Below are positions 39,608 through 50,931 of a DNA stretch of 64,000 nt, piece after piece. A model generated the notes under the pieces. That model had not been told where the DNA came from, did no database searches, and saw only the letters and a list, made by a program, of their open reading frames with translations. The position numbers and the translations under genes are program-made. Position 1 is the stretch's first letter. Every line of letters starts with the position of its first letter. The DNA is taken from NCBI GenBank assembly GCA_963722385.1, contig CAVRKK010000002.1:832001-896000 (forward strand), in the 5' to 3' direction. The DNA comes from an uncultured bacterium (GTDB lineage: Bacteria > Babelota > Babeliae > Babelales > Babelaceae).

Positions 39608-39990
39608 TAAATGTGAAAATTGTTCATTCTTGATTTTTAATATAAAGCAATTTGCGAGTTAGTTCTGCCCCTCATGATAAATACAATTTCCTATCTTTCA
39701 CTCGAAGAAATATCATTATATCAAAGGCTGCTGCAGTAAACATAACTAATATTGCCAAAGCTATGTTTAAATTGTTAGTTAACAGCAGGAATATATTATT
39801 CCATAAGATAAATATCCTTGGCCTTTCTTATCCAAGCTATCAGTTATCCATAGATATCTTGGTTCATTTCTGTTACACTACTATTTCAATTGACCAACCT
39901 CATCAACAACCCAGCGCATTAAAAAGCTCACAAGCTTGCCTTTTGTCTAATATTGTAATATTTTGTTTGCCCAAGGCGCCTCGAGTGCAT
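39608..39990 (-). pseudogene. Heavily degenerate CdiI-like gene immediately after the toxin
   Basis: RBS plus ATG at 39990; fragments in different frames NITILDK, IFILWNN, IPAV, TAAAFDIMIF, YHEG match the order of motifs in the neighbouring immunity genes. Confidence 0.6.
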
Positions 39991-39998
39991 TTATTTCC

Positions 39999-42900
39999 TT
40001 AACTATTTATTGAAACATCTGTAAATATTTTTTCGAAGTGTCTGTAAATATCATCAACATCCTCTTTTGTTCCTTCAAAGAGTATTACTAAGTTACTTCC
40101 TTTAGCGCTTTTGCCCATTGTAAAGTCTTCCACATGCACATGAGGGCCCTTAGTGGGATCCCAATCCAATCTCCATCTGCCTTTTTTCGGAAATTCTCGT
40201 CCGACAATTTTACCCTTACCTATACCTATCCTGCCGAAATGAGGTTGAGAATTAAGTTTCAAAAGACCCAAATGATCCAAGATTTCAAAAGCCTTATCTC
40301 TAGCTTGCTCAAAGGTTTTAACTTTGTCTAAGATTATCTCTCTGCCAGCACCAGCAGCTGCCCTTGCATTTTTGAGAAGCTTTGCTGGAGTAGTTACGAA
40401 ACGAGTGGTAGATGCCTTGCTTATTAATTCCCCAGCTGCTGTACGGGCTCTGAGTTCCGGCAAAGCATAATTTGCTAATGAGGGACCGATGGCAGAAGCC
40501 TTATCTTTCAAATTTTTTAGTTTCTTGCCGGTCTTATTTGCCAAGAATTTTACTGGCCAAAGTATTGTTCTAACGAATTTTAGATTTTTTACATAGGGGA
40601 ATATAATGGCAGCGGCGTGCAATGCCCGTTCGCCGTATCCAATGTCTTGTCCACCTACATAATCCCGGCCAAGGCCAAACTCAGCGGTAGATTTAACGTT
40701 CCCTACAATCGGTACGAAGTCGAGCATGGTTGATACGAGCGGTCGAACGAATGAAGCTAACTCATCATTGAGCATTTCTTGGTTCGCCTGCGCTTGAAAA
40801 GTATCTTCGAGCTTTTGATAAATTTGTTCAGCAACGTCTAAGATATCCGCCGATTGCTGCTCATTAAACAAGTCGAGAAGGTTATCAAAACTCGGTGAAT
40901 CCTCTGGAGCAACATCGGGTGCTGTTTTGGTGGCATCACCCTGTTGCTTGATCAACTCGTAGCTTCCATATAGCTTTTCTACGAAATCTGCTGTTTCTTC
41001 TGACGAAGCTGATTCAACAGGCCACCCCTGACTATATTCACCTGCTTGGTCATCAAGATTAATCTCTTCGAAGTCCTCATTCTCTTCCTGCGCAGCGTAT
41101 CCCTCGGTGCCAGGATATTTTTGATCAAAATCTTCCCTGAGCAGGTCCTTAAGTTCTTCAGTTTTTTCTGCAGGCTGCCCTGATGCCATGTTTTCGGCGA
41201 ACTCTGCTTCATGTGACGTAAACGGCTCTCCCTGCTTCTTTTTCTGCTCAAGGAACTCGTTAAGAAGCTTCTCCTCAGCATCCCGCGCTTGCTGCTTAAT
41301 CTCTTCTCGTTGTTCCGCTGCAGCCTCTTTCATTGTTTGATTGATGGCGTCGAGGTTATTGCCGTCTTCAGCAAATAACTCTTTAATGCGCTGCATCTTC
41401 TGGGCAAACTTTGACGGGTTGATGATTGGTATCACCAAGCGCATAACTGTTTCATCTTCAACATATGTCTCTTGCATCATGCGCATATTGCGATTTAACT
41501 CGGCAATCGCGGCACCCAAAATATCAAGGTCTATGTTTTCGGAAATGGTTGCCCGTGTAATACCGTCTTTCGACTTAGAAGTATAGCGCCCATCAATCAT
41601 GCCATAGAGGCCAAGGTCATCGCCATTGGGTATAAAGCTGGCACCAACACTAAAGCCACGCGTTTCTTTGCCTTCATGAATATCTTCAGAAGCGAGGTGG
41701 CGAGCTTTCGACGGTGGCATTGGTTGAGTTACTGCTTATATAAGCACCCGTGAGATCTATCGTATCGCCAACATGCACCTCAAGATGCTCGGTGCCCTCA
41801 ATACCTGAAGCTTGGCTAACTTTATGTTCATAGGTCTCTTTTTGAGCATAATATGCGCCACCAGCCGCTGAACCAACATAGGCACTAGCACCGCTCGAAA
41901 AGCTATAGTGCGTATCCTCAACTGATTCCACCATCAGGTTATGCTCAACATTAATGGTTGTAGAGATGCCCTGTACCCGGGCTCCTTTGAGCTCTGCATT
42001 CTTGACATCAATGACAATGGTATCGGCGTTTATCTGCGCATTATCATGCGTCACCGTATATGAAGTGCTTGTCTGCTTTGATGCGTCAACGGTACCACTA
42101 AGCGTTACACCAACACTTTGTGATTGTTGATTAACGGTGACCGTATGTTGTGCTGCAGTTGCTTGGAAGTTCTGTCCCTTAATGGTTGCTTTCTCGGCTT
42201 CTAGGGTTGTTCCGTCAAGCTGAACATCATCGCCACTCTCGATATGGACTTCTTGACCAGAAATATGGCTCGGCACCGTAATGGTTTGCTCGCGGCGTAT
42301 GGTATCATGTGCAATATTGAAATATAAATCAGGCGCGAAGGAGCCTTGTGCATCGGCAATACCCAACCGCACGGCCAAGAACTTGCCGGTGCTTCCTTCT
42401 TTCTGCTTGTACTGATTAAACAAGCGCAAAGCCTCAATACCCATCATCGTTGTGCTTGCAAGGGTGTCAGCAGTGCTTGCCGAACTGGCAAGTCGGTGAA
42501 TAGAGGCAATCAGTGGGTCCTCATCATTGAGCGCCCACAAAGCTCTGCGATATTCTTCGTCGGCAAGCAAACCGAGAGCATCTGAGCCAAAAAAGGTCAC
42601 ACCGAATGACCAGCTATCAGTCATTGATGATGAATGCTGTTTGGCTCCTTTGATAACATTATTGCGCTTGGCAATCAAGTGAATAGGCTGACCTGCATAA
42701 ACAGCCACTGCCTCAAGCACATTGTCCTCGCCCGACTCAAAGGTCACCTTGCCACCAACATTAATCTCAGTTTTGATTATATGGTCCTGCAGATGCTTTT
42801 TGCTGGTAGCATAGAGCCCAAACAAATCAAGCCCCAGCTGCTTCTGCTCGCCTTTAAGCGTTGTGGTCACTACGGCAAGATCATTACTCTTTTTTGCCTT

Positions 42901-45441
42901 AAACAAGGCATCACGGATGGCAGTAAAAGAAGCACCATAGCTTTTGATTGAACCATTGGTAGACTCTACCGTAAGATTCTTTCCAGCACCTATCTCTGAG
43001 CGCTCCATAGTCATCGCCTCTTTGACCACTTGCTTAACCGAAAAGCCCTGCAGCGATGTACCGCTATATGATGTATGCTTGTTGGTAAGTGTTTTAAAGA
43101 CGGCATCACCGTATGCTTTCAACTGGACATTCTGAGCGCCAATAATTTTCGATCCCTCATTAAACAGCTTGCCCGTCTCGCTTATAAGCTCAATATTGCC
43201 CTCAGAAGTAATGTTTCCTGGATAAAAATCTACTATTTCCGAAGAGCTTTGATGGCCAAAGAGCCTGCCAAAAAAGCCAGGGTCCCACGTTACGGTATGG
43301 CTTCCCAAAAGAACCGTGTTGGTGATGTCTCCCTGCTTGGCATAGAGCGATACTTTCTGCTTGCCCACAATAGAGCCACCAATGTTCTTAATACCCGCTT
43401 TACCAACGGCATCTTGGGGAACTTCAAGCTCGATATCAAAGCCAATAATATCACCGCCTTCTAACGGCGTGCGCACGGAGTATTTTTTTACCTTATTGGC
43501 TTTGTTAATAATCGTATCTGCTTGTATCTTTACACGATTAATGGCACGAATCATGCCCTTGTTGACGACTCGATGCATCTTATCAATAGTAACATCATGA
43601 GCAAGAAAAGAGCCCATACGCTTATTGGCATCACGGTCTGCTGCACACACATGAAGGACAGGGACTAAACAATCAACACCATCGAATTTTTGAACCTGGT
43701 AATAGATAAATGAAAATGGCAACTCATGTATAAGCTCTTGCGTGAGTATTCCAAGATTTTGGCCTTCTTGTACGTCCGTCATTTTGCTTTTGAGCCATGA
43801 AGGATAACCATTAATTTTATGGCTGTAGCGCTTGAGAAGTCTGGCGAGCTCTTGCTTTTCTTCCTCAGCCAATTCGACCTTGGTTTCTTGCGGCTGATCT
43901 TTCAACGACTTTCGCGGTTTATTGTGTCCCCGTGGTAGCGGCTCCCTTTTCTTCATGTTTCCTATTTTCCTACCATTGACAAGGGCTACGAGATAGCCAG
44001 CACGTTGGAGCTCCCGGAGTTGGGTAGCAAAGTCACCTTCGCCCCCAAGTGCGGGAAGGCCGAGCTCAAATAAAAGCCGAGAGAGTATCTCTACCTGAGA
44101 ACTAAAAGAGAGAAGCATAGCTGGTTTGTTCAAAGTTGTGCCATGAAAAAATGCAAGCTCATTGCCAGGCTGCCATTCTTCTGTGCTCTCTTTTTGTGAA
44201 GGATGGGTAAAGATAAAGCGCGGGTCATTACAGAGAATGGTAGTGGTGGGATCGATAAACTGAGCAAATGAGAGAGAAATTGGGCCATAAGATCTCAGAT
44301 CATCTACGTCGGACTTATGATTATGCATAACCCCTTGCTTGTTTGATGATGAGACATGAGCCTCTTGCCCAATAACAATCTGGCCTGTGCTTTCAAATGC
44401 CGGATAGTGCTTGATATCATGTATCTTCACCGGCTGGCCCTGAAGCATGAGCTTGAAATCTTTGCCCGCTTGCAGGATTGCTACATCGTCGCAGCTTTCA
44501 AAGTAATCAGCCACTGCTCGGGTAACCATGTTTTTGAAGATCCAGCCAGTATCTTCTTTATAGGTCTCACAACGCTTATGATCATTACACTGCGTTAGAA
44601 GCTCAAACTTTTGATCAATATCAGCAATAATATTTTCTTTTGCATGCAGAATGCCGCCATAAATACCAACATGATTGGCAGCAAGAGAGATATTCCCTTG
44701 CGACCTCACCAATGAGCGCCTTGGCGAGACCATATCGTACTCAACACATGTCCAGGGATACCCGTTATCATTGATAGCACGGTATCGGTTACCCTCAATT
44801 CTTTGCGCTCCGCCATAGAACTGCTTATAGCTGTTTGCTTTGATACGTAGATCTCCCGTTGACGCAAAGCTACCCCTAATTGCCACCGTTCCTTCGTCAA
44901 ATAACAAATCAGCTTTGCCGCCAACATGCCAGTCAGCCTTGGCACCACTCCAGAAAACACCTCGAGGCATAGTAAGCACCAAGTCTTTCTTAAGCAAGAT
45001 CGGCGTCTGGGAGGCAATTCTGCCACTGCCAGACACCTCAAGCGAAAATGAGTCAGCCATCTCAAGCTCGTGAATCGCGATATTGCCTTCGGGATCCATG
45101 GTGAGACAAAAGCAGTTATCGCCTTCTTGAACACGTATTTGTAAATTGCGAGTATCTATGAACGAAAAAGGCTGCGCTAATTCTGATGGCTTGAATGTAT
45201 CACGTACCGCATGTATAACAGCAGCACGTGCAATCTGCTTACCATTCTTGATGATCTTGCAGTGTGTTGCTTTTTCTGGGCTCTCTTGGCCGCGCAGCTT
45301 AGGTATGTGGCGGGATGCTGGTTCGTCACGTGTAATAATTACGTGATAGCCCTCTCGGGGCTCCGTGCTTGCTTGACAATATATTGCTAGTAGAGAAAAA
45401 ATAGAGACAAGAGCATAACGTGTGAAAGCCTTAATAAACAT
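39999..45441 (-). pseudogene. CdiA/FhaB-like polymorphic toxin, about 1810 aa, split by one extra base near 41707
   Basis: Sec signal; beta-rich haemagglutinin-like repeats; junction TNATV-(E/K)-ARHLASEDIH; PT-TG-like LDFVPIVGNVKS..GRDYVGGQ..ERAL; tip TFEQARDKA..WRLDWDPTKGPH. Confidence 0.85.
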
Positions 45442-45676
45442 AAAGCCAGTCCTCGGAATAAAAGGTTGCGTACACCCTTCATTACTACCGAGTCCTTGCT
45501 TCTTGTCTATCTCGCTTTAATTTATTGAATATTACCTGATATTTATTAATTAAGCAAATCGGCTTTTTACCAGCGATAATTTTCAATTTTTGATTGTGCC
45601 AAACAGCTCTTTGGTATTAAAATAATCTATTGCTTATAGGGTTTAAGATTTTGCCAGGTTTGTTCGCAAATTTGGG

Positions 45677-45720
45677 TAACGAAAGCCTCTTGCCTTATCA
45701 AGGAAGGAGGCTTTCGTTAA
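45677..45720. terminator. Hairpin/terminator
   Basis: TAACGAAAGCCTC...GAGGCTTTCGTTA. Confidence 0.55.
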
Positions 45721-45727
45721 TTCTGAT

Positions 45728-46072
45728 CTAATCAATTATAGTTGATTGGTTTCCTGATCCCCAAGAAAGCACCTCAGGAGGATGAGCAAAGACGTAGACA
45801 ACGTGTCCATTTGCATCACACGCAGTTTTGCCAATATAGAATGGGTCCTGCTCGTATCCCTGGACATTAACATAGGAAGCCACCTCAGGAAAAATCCTGT
45901 CAGTACAGCGAACAGCTTTGGTTACTTCATTCCCTTGTTTTTCTTCATGATAGATGCATACACCTTTGAGGCCAAACTTGTTGCCCGATATATCAAGTTT
46001 TCTTGCGATAGCAAAGCTCGAGATACTCCACAGCGACATGCAAAGTAAACTCGCGGTAGCCAATAATTTCAT
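45728..46072 (-). CDS. Small secreted hypothetical protein
   Basis: Signal peptide MKLLATASLLCMSLWSISSFA; 3 Cys in the mature part. Confidence 0.6.
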   Translation of the reverse strand: MKLLATASLLCMSLWSISSFAIARKLDISGNKFGLKGVCIYHEEKQGNEVTKAVRCTDRIFPEVASYVNVQGYEQDPFYIGKTACDANGHVVYVFAHPPEVLSWGSGNQSTIID

Positions 46073-46415
46073 TGTTTTCCTCAAGATTTGTAGTTTTGTT
46101 TACTGATTGGCAAATTATATCATATTTTGTGATTAAAATTCAATGGCGAATCTACGAGTCTGCGGATCAACTTTATGAGTGAGAAACGTTGGCGCTTAAG
46201 CGTACACACAAACTGCTAGATAGGGGAACAAGCAAGCGGTATGGGGTGACTTTTTTAGCTCGGGATTTTAGAATTATGTTATACATACCATCATTTTTCG
46301 ACGAAATTTGATTGTTGTATCATCAAATTTCGCCAAAATTTATGAGCTAAATCAAAATTGCTTACATAGACCCTTGACATTGTTGACCATTGATTAATAA
46401 GCTAAAATTAAATAA

Positions 46416-47045
46416 ATGTTTTTTGACTATTTTAAAAAAGAGATGGCTATGTCTATGAAAAAAATAAACCTGGTACTTCTTTTTCTGCTTCTAGGGAACA
46501 GCGTTGCCTGGTCGGCAGAGGAGAGCACTTGGGATAATGCGGCTTTGACCGCTTTGCTAACCAAGGTACCTAATGTAGAAAGCGCGCTTAATACTATAGC
46601 ACAAAGCTTAAATTACCTGGATACGACGTATATTCTTACCCACGTCGATGATGAAGGAAATCCTTATGCTACTGATGATCTGAAGCAAGATGTAAATCTG
46701 CGCTTAATAAACTTTGAGATACGTTTGGCAGCTATGGAAGAGACAGCTGGCTCATTTTGCTTAAGTGAGCAAGAATGTGCTGCGAATTGTCCCAAGGCAA
46801 ATACGCTGACGGCTTATACATGTGGGCCAGACTGTAAAAAGGCGCACCGACTAGCACTGATAAGTACCCTCGAACCAGCCAGTCGTATCAAAGATCTTGC
46901 CAATCGCTTGCTGGCTGTTGCACCATTACTCAATACCACAACACCACCCGCTAGCCTTTCGAATTGCTCAGGTGGTGCCACGCCTAGCACGACACCAACC
47001 GAGCCTAAAAAAGGCGAGACAACGGGACTTTTTAACGGTGGTTAA
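46416..47045 (+). CDS. Secreted Cys-containing hypothetical protein
   Basis: Signal peptide MKKINLVLLFLLLGNSVAWS (true start probably 46449 or 46455); upstream TTGACA and an inverted repeat at 46302-46332. Confidence 0.7.
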   Translation: MFFDYFKKEMAMSMKKINLVLLFLLLGNSVAWSAEESTWDNAALTALLTKVPNVESALNTIAQSLNYLDTTYILTHVDDEGNPYATDDLKQDVNLRLINFEIRLAAMEETAGSFCLSEQECAANCPKANTLTAYTCGPDCKKAHRLALISTLEPASRIKDLANRLLAVAPLLNTTTPPASLSNCSGGATPSTTPTEPKKGETTGLFNGG

Positions 47046-48073
47046 TGATTCTCGTCCCAATCTAATGATCCAGCAGATTGGTATTCGACCACCCTGGTTT
47101 CAAAGAAATTCTTTTCTTTGGTAAGATCAGTTGCTTGTGACATCCACAAGAAAGGATTCTCCGTATAATACACTTTGGGTAATCCAAGTCTTTCCAGGCG
47201 GCGATCGGCAACATATTCAACATAGTGGCCAAACTGTTGCGCATTCATCCCTAGGGTGCCCTGAGGACAGGCGTCAGCGGCATACCGCTTTTCGAGTGTT
47301 ACCGCATGCTTAATGAGGCCAACAATCTCTTCTTGGAAATCTGCTGTCCAAATCTCAGGATTCTCAACGATCACGGTATTGATGAGATCGCAACCATAGG
47401 CAAGATGAATACTTTCATCGCGCATAATATATTCAAATTGTTGGCCAATGCCCACCATCTTGTTTTGACGCTTAAGAGCGAGCATCATAGCAAAACCGGC
47501 GTAAAAGAAAATTCCTTCCATAATGACATAGTATCCGACGAGGTCATGCACGAATTTTCTCATATTTGCAGTACCTTCAGGCACAAAGTTGCTATCAAAG
47601 ATAGAAGCAGTCAACTGAACAACAAATTCATCTTTTTCTTTAATAGAGGGTATTGTCAAATACATGGTATAAATTTCTTCGGGGTCGAGGCCGAGTGAAT
47701 CACAGCAATAAATAAACGTATCAGTATGCACCGCTTCTTCAAATGCTTGGCGTAGCATGTATTGACGGCATTCAGGATTGGTCACGTGCTTATAAACTGC
47801 TAAAACAATATTATTGGCAGTCAAAGACTCTGCTGTTGCAAAGAAGCCAAGGTTCCACAAAATAAGCCGACGCTCTTGGGGTGTAAGAAAGGTTGACGAT
47901 TTCCACTGTTCAATATCCAACTGCATTGAAATCTCTTCAGGGGTCCAATTATTAGCAATGCCGTGCTTATAATGCTCTCGCGCCCATGGGTAACGCAATG
48001 GCAATATCTTATTAGGGTCAACGGCAGCGTTATTAATAATGCCTGCCTTTTTTTCAGACGAAAATGTCGCCAT
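47042..48073 (-). CDS. nrdB: Ribonucleotide reductase beta subunit, class Ic-like
   Basis: GFFATAES, FEEAVHTDTF, MEGIFFY, RDESIH, NFFETRV. Confidence 0.95.
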   Translation of the reverse strand: MATFSSEKKAGIINNAAVDPNKILPLRYPWAREHYKHGIANNWTPEEISMQLDIEQWKSSTFLTPQERRLILWNLGFFATAESLTANNIVLAVYKHVTNPECRQYMLRQAFEEAVHTDTFIYCCDSLGLDPEEIYTMYLTIPSIKEKDEFVVQLTASIFDSNFVPEGTANMRKFVHDLVGYYVIMEGIFFYAGFAMMLALKRQNKMVGIGQQFEYIMRDESIHLAYGCDLINTVIVENPEIWTADFQEEIVGLIKHAVTLEKRYAADACPQGTLGMNAQQFGHYVEYVADRRLERLGLPKVYYTENPFLWMSQATDLTKEKNFFETRVVEYQSAGSLDWDENH

Positions 48074-48105
48074 AACGGTCATCCTTAACGTTAATAATTT
48101 GTTAG

Positions 48106-50574
48106 CTATTGGCAAGATTCGCAATCACTATTGGCGAGATTACAAGAGCTTGTCGGTGCTTGATATTCTCGCTTTTGCGTAAAACCAAAGGTTTTTGCAT
48201 CGAGCGTTGATTTTTCCACTTGGGTAGCAGCAAGCGTACGTAGGTAATACATTGTTTTAAGCCCGCATCGCCAGGCGGTCATGTAAATGCTTTCTATTTT
48301 TTTGCCTGAAGCTCCTTTGAGAAATACGTTGTGTGATTGCGATTGGTCAATCCATTTACTGCGTGCTGCGGTCAGTCGAATGAGCCATTCAGGATCGAGC
48401 TCAAAAGCGGTTTTGTATTTTTCCTTAAGAAATGCCGGGATACGTTGAATATTTTGGAGATCACCATCATGGTACTTAATTTGATCAAGCAGGTTCTGAT
48501 CCCAAAGGCCTAATTTTTTTAAGTCATTGATCAAGAAGGTATTAACCACGGTAAATTCACCGCTCACATTGGCTTTAACGTAGATGTTTTTGAAAATAGG
48601 CTCGATGCTTGGGTAGCAGCCAGCTATCGTCGAAATAGTTGCGGTAGGGGCAATAGCCATTACGTTAGAATTACGCATCCCATACTGTGCAACCATCTTC
48701 TTAAGCGCTGACCAATCAAGCGTTGCTGTTCGTGAAACGTCAAGAGGGACCCCGCGCTCAGCCTCCAAGAGCTCAAGTGTATCAAAAGGGAAAATGCCGC
48801 GGTCCCATTTTGAGCCTTTATAGGAAGCGTACGTTCCTCGTTCTTTTGCCAGTGAAGCCGATGTTTGAATAGCATAATATGATATATGCTCCATAACCTC
48901 ATCGGCGCATTGCAAAGCTTCTGCAGAAGAAAACGGAATATCAAGCTCAAAGAGGGCATCTTGGAATCCCATGAGCCCCAAACCAAGTGGGCGGTTTTTC
49001 AAATTCGAAGCGTGGGCTTCTTTGGTTGGATAAAAATTTAAGTCGATTATGTTGTCGAGCATGTGAATTGCCGTCGCGACCGTCTCTTGCATAAGCGCGT
49101 AATCAAAAGTCCCCTGCTTAATATGCGCTTTAAGGTTAACGGAGCCGAGGTTGCAAACCGCTGTCTCTTGTGGTGACGTATTGAGCACAATTTCTGTACA
49201 GAGATTTGAGCAATGTACGACACCAACGTGATCTTGGGGTGACCTAATGTTGCATGGGTCTTTAAAGGTGATCCATGGATGGCCCGTTTCAAAGAGCCGC
49301 GTTAACATCTTTCGCCATAACTGTTGGGCAGGAACTGTTCTGGAGAGAGTAATATGCTCGGTGCTGACGAGCTGTTCATAGTGCTCGTAGGCAGTCTCAA
49401 AGGCTTTGCCATAAATATGGTGTAGGTCGGGTGTTTCGTGAGGTGAAAAGAGCGTCCAGTTACCGTTTGACATGACGCGCTTCATAAATAGATCAGGAAT
49501 CCAAACAGCCGTGTTCATGTCATGAGTACGTCGCCGTTCGTCGCCCGTATTACGCCTCAGATCCAGAAATTCCTCGATATCCAAATGCCAGGTTTCAAGG
49601 TAAGCGCATGACCCGCCGCGCCGAATGCCGGTACGCGTTATAGCAACAACAACATCATTAGCGATCTTAAGATAGGGTATGACTCCTTGGCTGCTTGCTT
49701 TAATACTTTTGATGAGAGCGCCTGATCCACGGATATTGGTCCAGTCAGTTCCCAGGCCGCCTGCCCATTTTGCAAGTTGGGCATTGTCACCAAGGCACTT
49801 AAAAATGTCGCTCAAGTCGTCTCCCACCGTGTTTAAATAACAAGAGCTCAACTGAGCATGCGTAAAACCAGAATGAAAGAGCGTGGGCGTTGAGGGAACA
49901 TAGCGTAGCGTCGAGATAATCGTATAAAAGTCGATAGCGCGAGCATTTTTATCGGACTCATTCAGAGAAAGGCCCATCGCTATACGCATCCAAAATGCTT
50001 GCGGTGTTTCGTGATGGATGCTTTTATTTTTCAAAAAATAGCGCTCATAGAGCGTATGCATGCCCATATAGTCAATAAGGTCATCACGCTCTAAGCATAA
50101 TTGTGTGGCCAAATAGGGTAGGTCGAACTCAGCAAGGCGCTTATCTAAGTTATCATGAGCGATGCCTCGCGCGATACCATCAATAAAGGCCTGACGATAG
50201 GCAGCTTCGCTCTGCTGCTCATTATCATATGATGTACCTATCACTTCGCGTAGGCACTTGGTGCGTAACAAGCGTGATGCCAGCTTGCTATAAGCAGGGT
50301 CACGTTCGATAAAAGTTGTCGCTGCCAGAATTAAGCCTTTTTCAATCTCAGCTGTTGTAATGCCATCAAAGATCGTGCGATAAAGCTCGCTCACCATCAA
50401 GGAGATATCAATTGCGGAGTCCAGCCCCTTGCATGCATTCTTAAGCACATTTACCACAACCAATTCATCGAATGCTTCACGCTGTCCATCTCGTTTAGTT
50501 ACCAGGTAACTCACTGCTGGCTGCCCCATTACACCATCAGCATAACTGATACCCGATATGCTGCTTTTATTCAT
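48106..50574 (-). CDS. nrdA: Ribonucleotide reductase alpha subunit with ATP-cone
   Basis: VTKRDG, PSTPTL, LSSCY, SNLCTEI, APTATIS, KTMYY, C-terminal CESCQ; GGAGG RBS before 50574. Confidence 0.96.
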   Translation of the reverse strand: MNKSSISGISYADGVMGQPAVSYLVTKRDGQREAFDELVVVNVLKNACKGLDSAIDISLMVSELYRTIFDGITTAEIEKGLILAATTFIERDPAYSKLASRLLRTKCLREVIGTSYDNEQQSEAAYRQAFIDGIARGIAHDNLDKRLAEFDLPYLATQLCLERDDLIDYMGMHTLYERYFLKNKSIHHETPQAFWMRIAMGLSLNESDKNARAIDFYTIISTLRYVPSTPTLFHSGFTHAQLSSCYLNTVGDDLSDIFKCLGDNAQLAKWAGGLGTDWTNIRGSGALIKSIKASSQGVIPYLKIANDVVVAITRTGIRRGGSCAYLETWHLDIEEFLDLRRNTGDERRRTHDMNTAVWIPDLFMKRVMSNGNWTLFSPHETPDLHHIYGKAFETAYEHYEQLVSTEHITLSRTVPAQQLWRKMLTRLFETGHPWITFKDPCNIRSPQDHVGVVHCSNLCTEIVLNTSPQETAVCNLGSVNLKAHIKQGTFDYALMQETVATAIHMLDNIIDLNFYPTKEAHASNLKNRPLGLGLMGFQDALFELDIPFSSAEALQCADEVMEHISYYAIQTSASLAKERGTYASYKGSKWDRGIFPFDTLELLEAERGVPLDVSRTATLDWSALKKMVAQYGMRNSNVMAIAPTATISTIAGCYPSIEPIFKNIYVKANVSGEFTVVNTFLINDLKKLGLWDQNLLDQIKYHDGDLQNIQRIPAFLKEKYKTAFELDPEWLIRLTAARSKWIDQSQSHNVFLKGASGKKIESIYMTAWRCGLKTMYYLRTLAATQVEKSTLDAKTFGFTQKREYQAPTSSCNLANSDCESCQ

Positions 50575-50931
50575 GTTTTTCCTCCATAATTTTTTTGACA
50601 AAAAAGGGGGCTTGCGCGATTTTTTGCGCGCCCATTTATTTTCTAAATGAAATAACAGCATTCCGCCTTGTTGAATTAAATGTACCAGCTAAAGCCTAAA
50701 TGTTCAACAAAATTAAGAAACCAATTTTGCAAAAAATATTCTTAATTTTTTAGGCTCTTTGAATGCTGTATAATGCGTTTTGAAACTATTTTTTCTGATC
50801 GGCGACAGTGTGACATGCTCTTGTTTTTATTACCTCATAGAGCGGATACTATCCTAAAGCTTGCATGAGCTTTAAGGCTCGTGTTAATCTCCCATAATGA
50901 CAAGTAAACCTACCACCAAAAGGGGTGATCC

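Noticed and set aside
39652..40002. 116-aa ORF on the + strand
   Set aside because: Antisense to the degenerate immunity gene; no RBS or motif.
41695..41720. Programmed ribosomal frameshift in the toxin gene
   Set aside because: No slippery heptamer or stimulatory structure seen at the junction.
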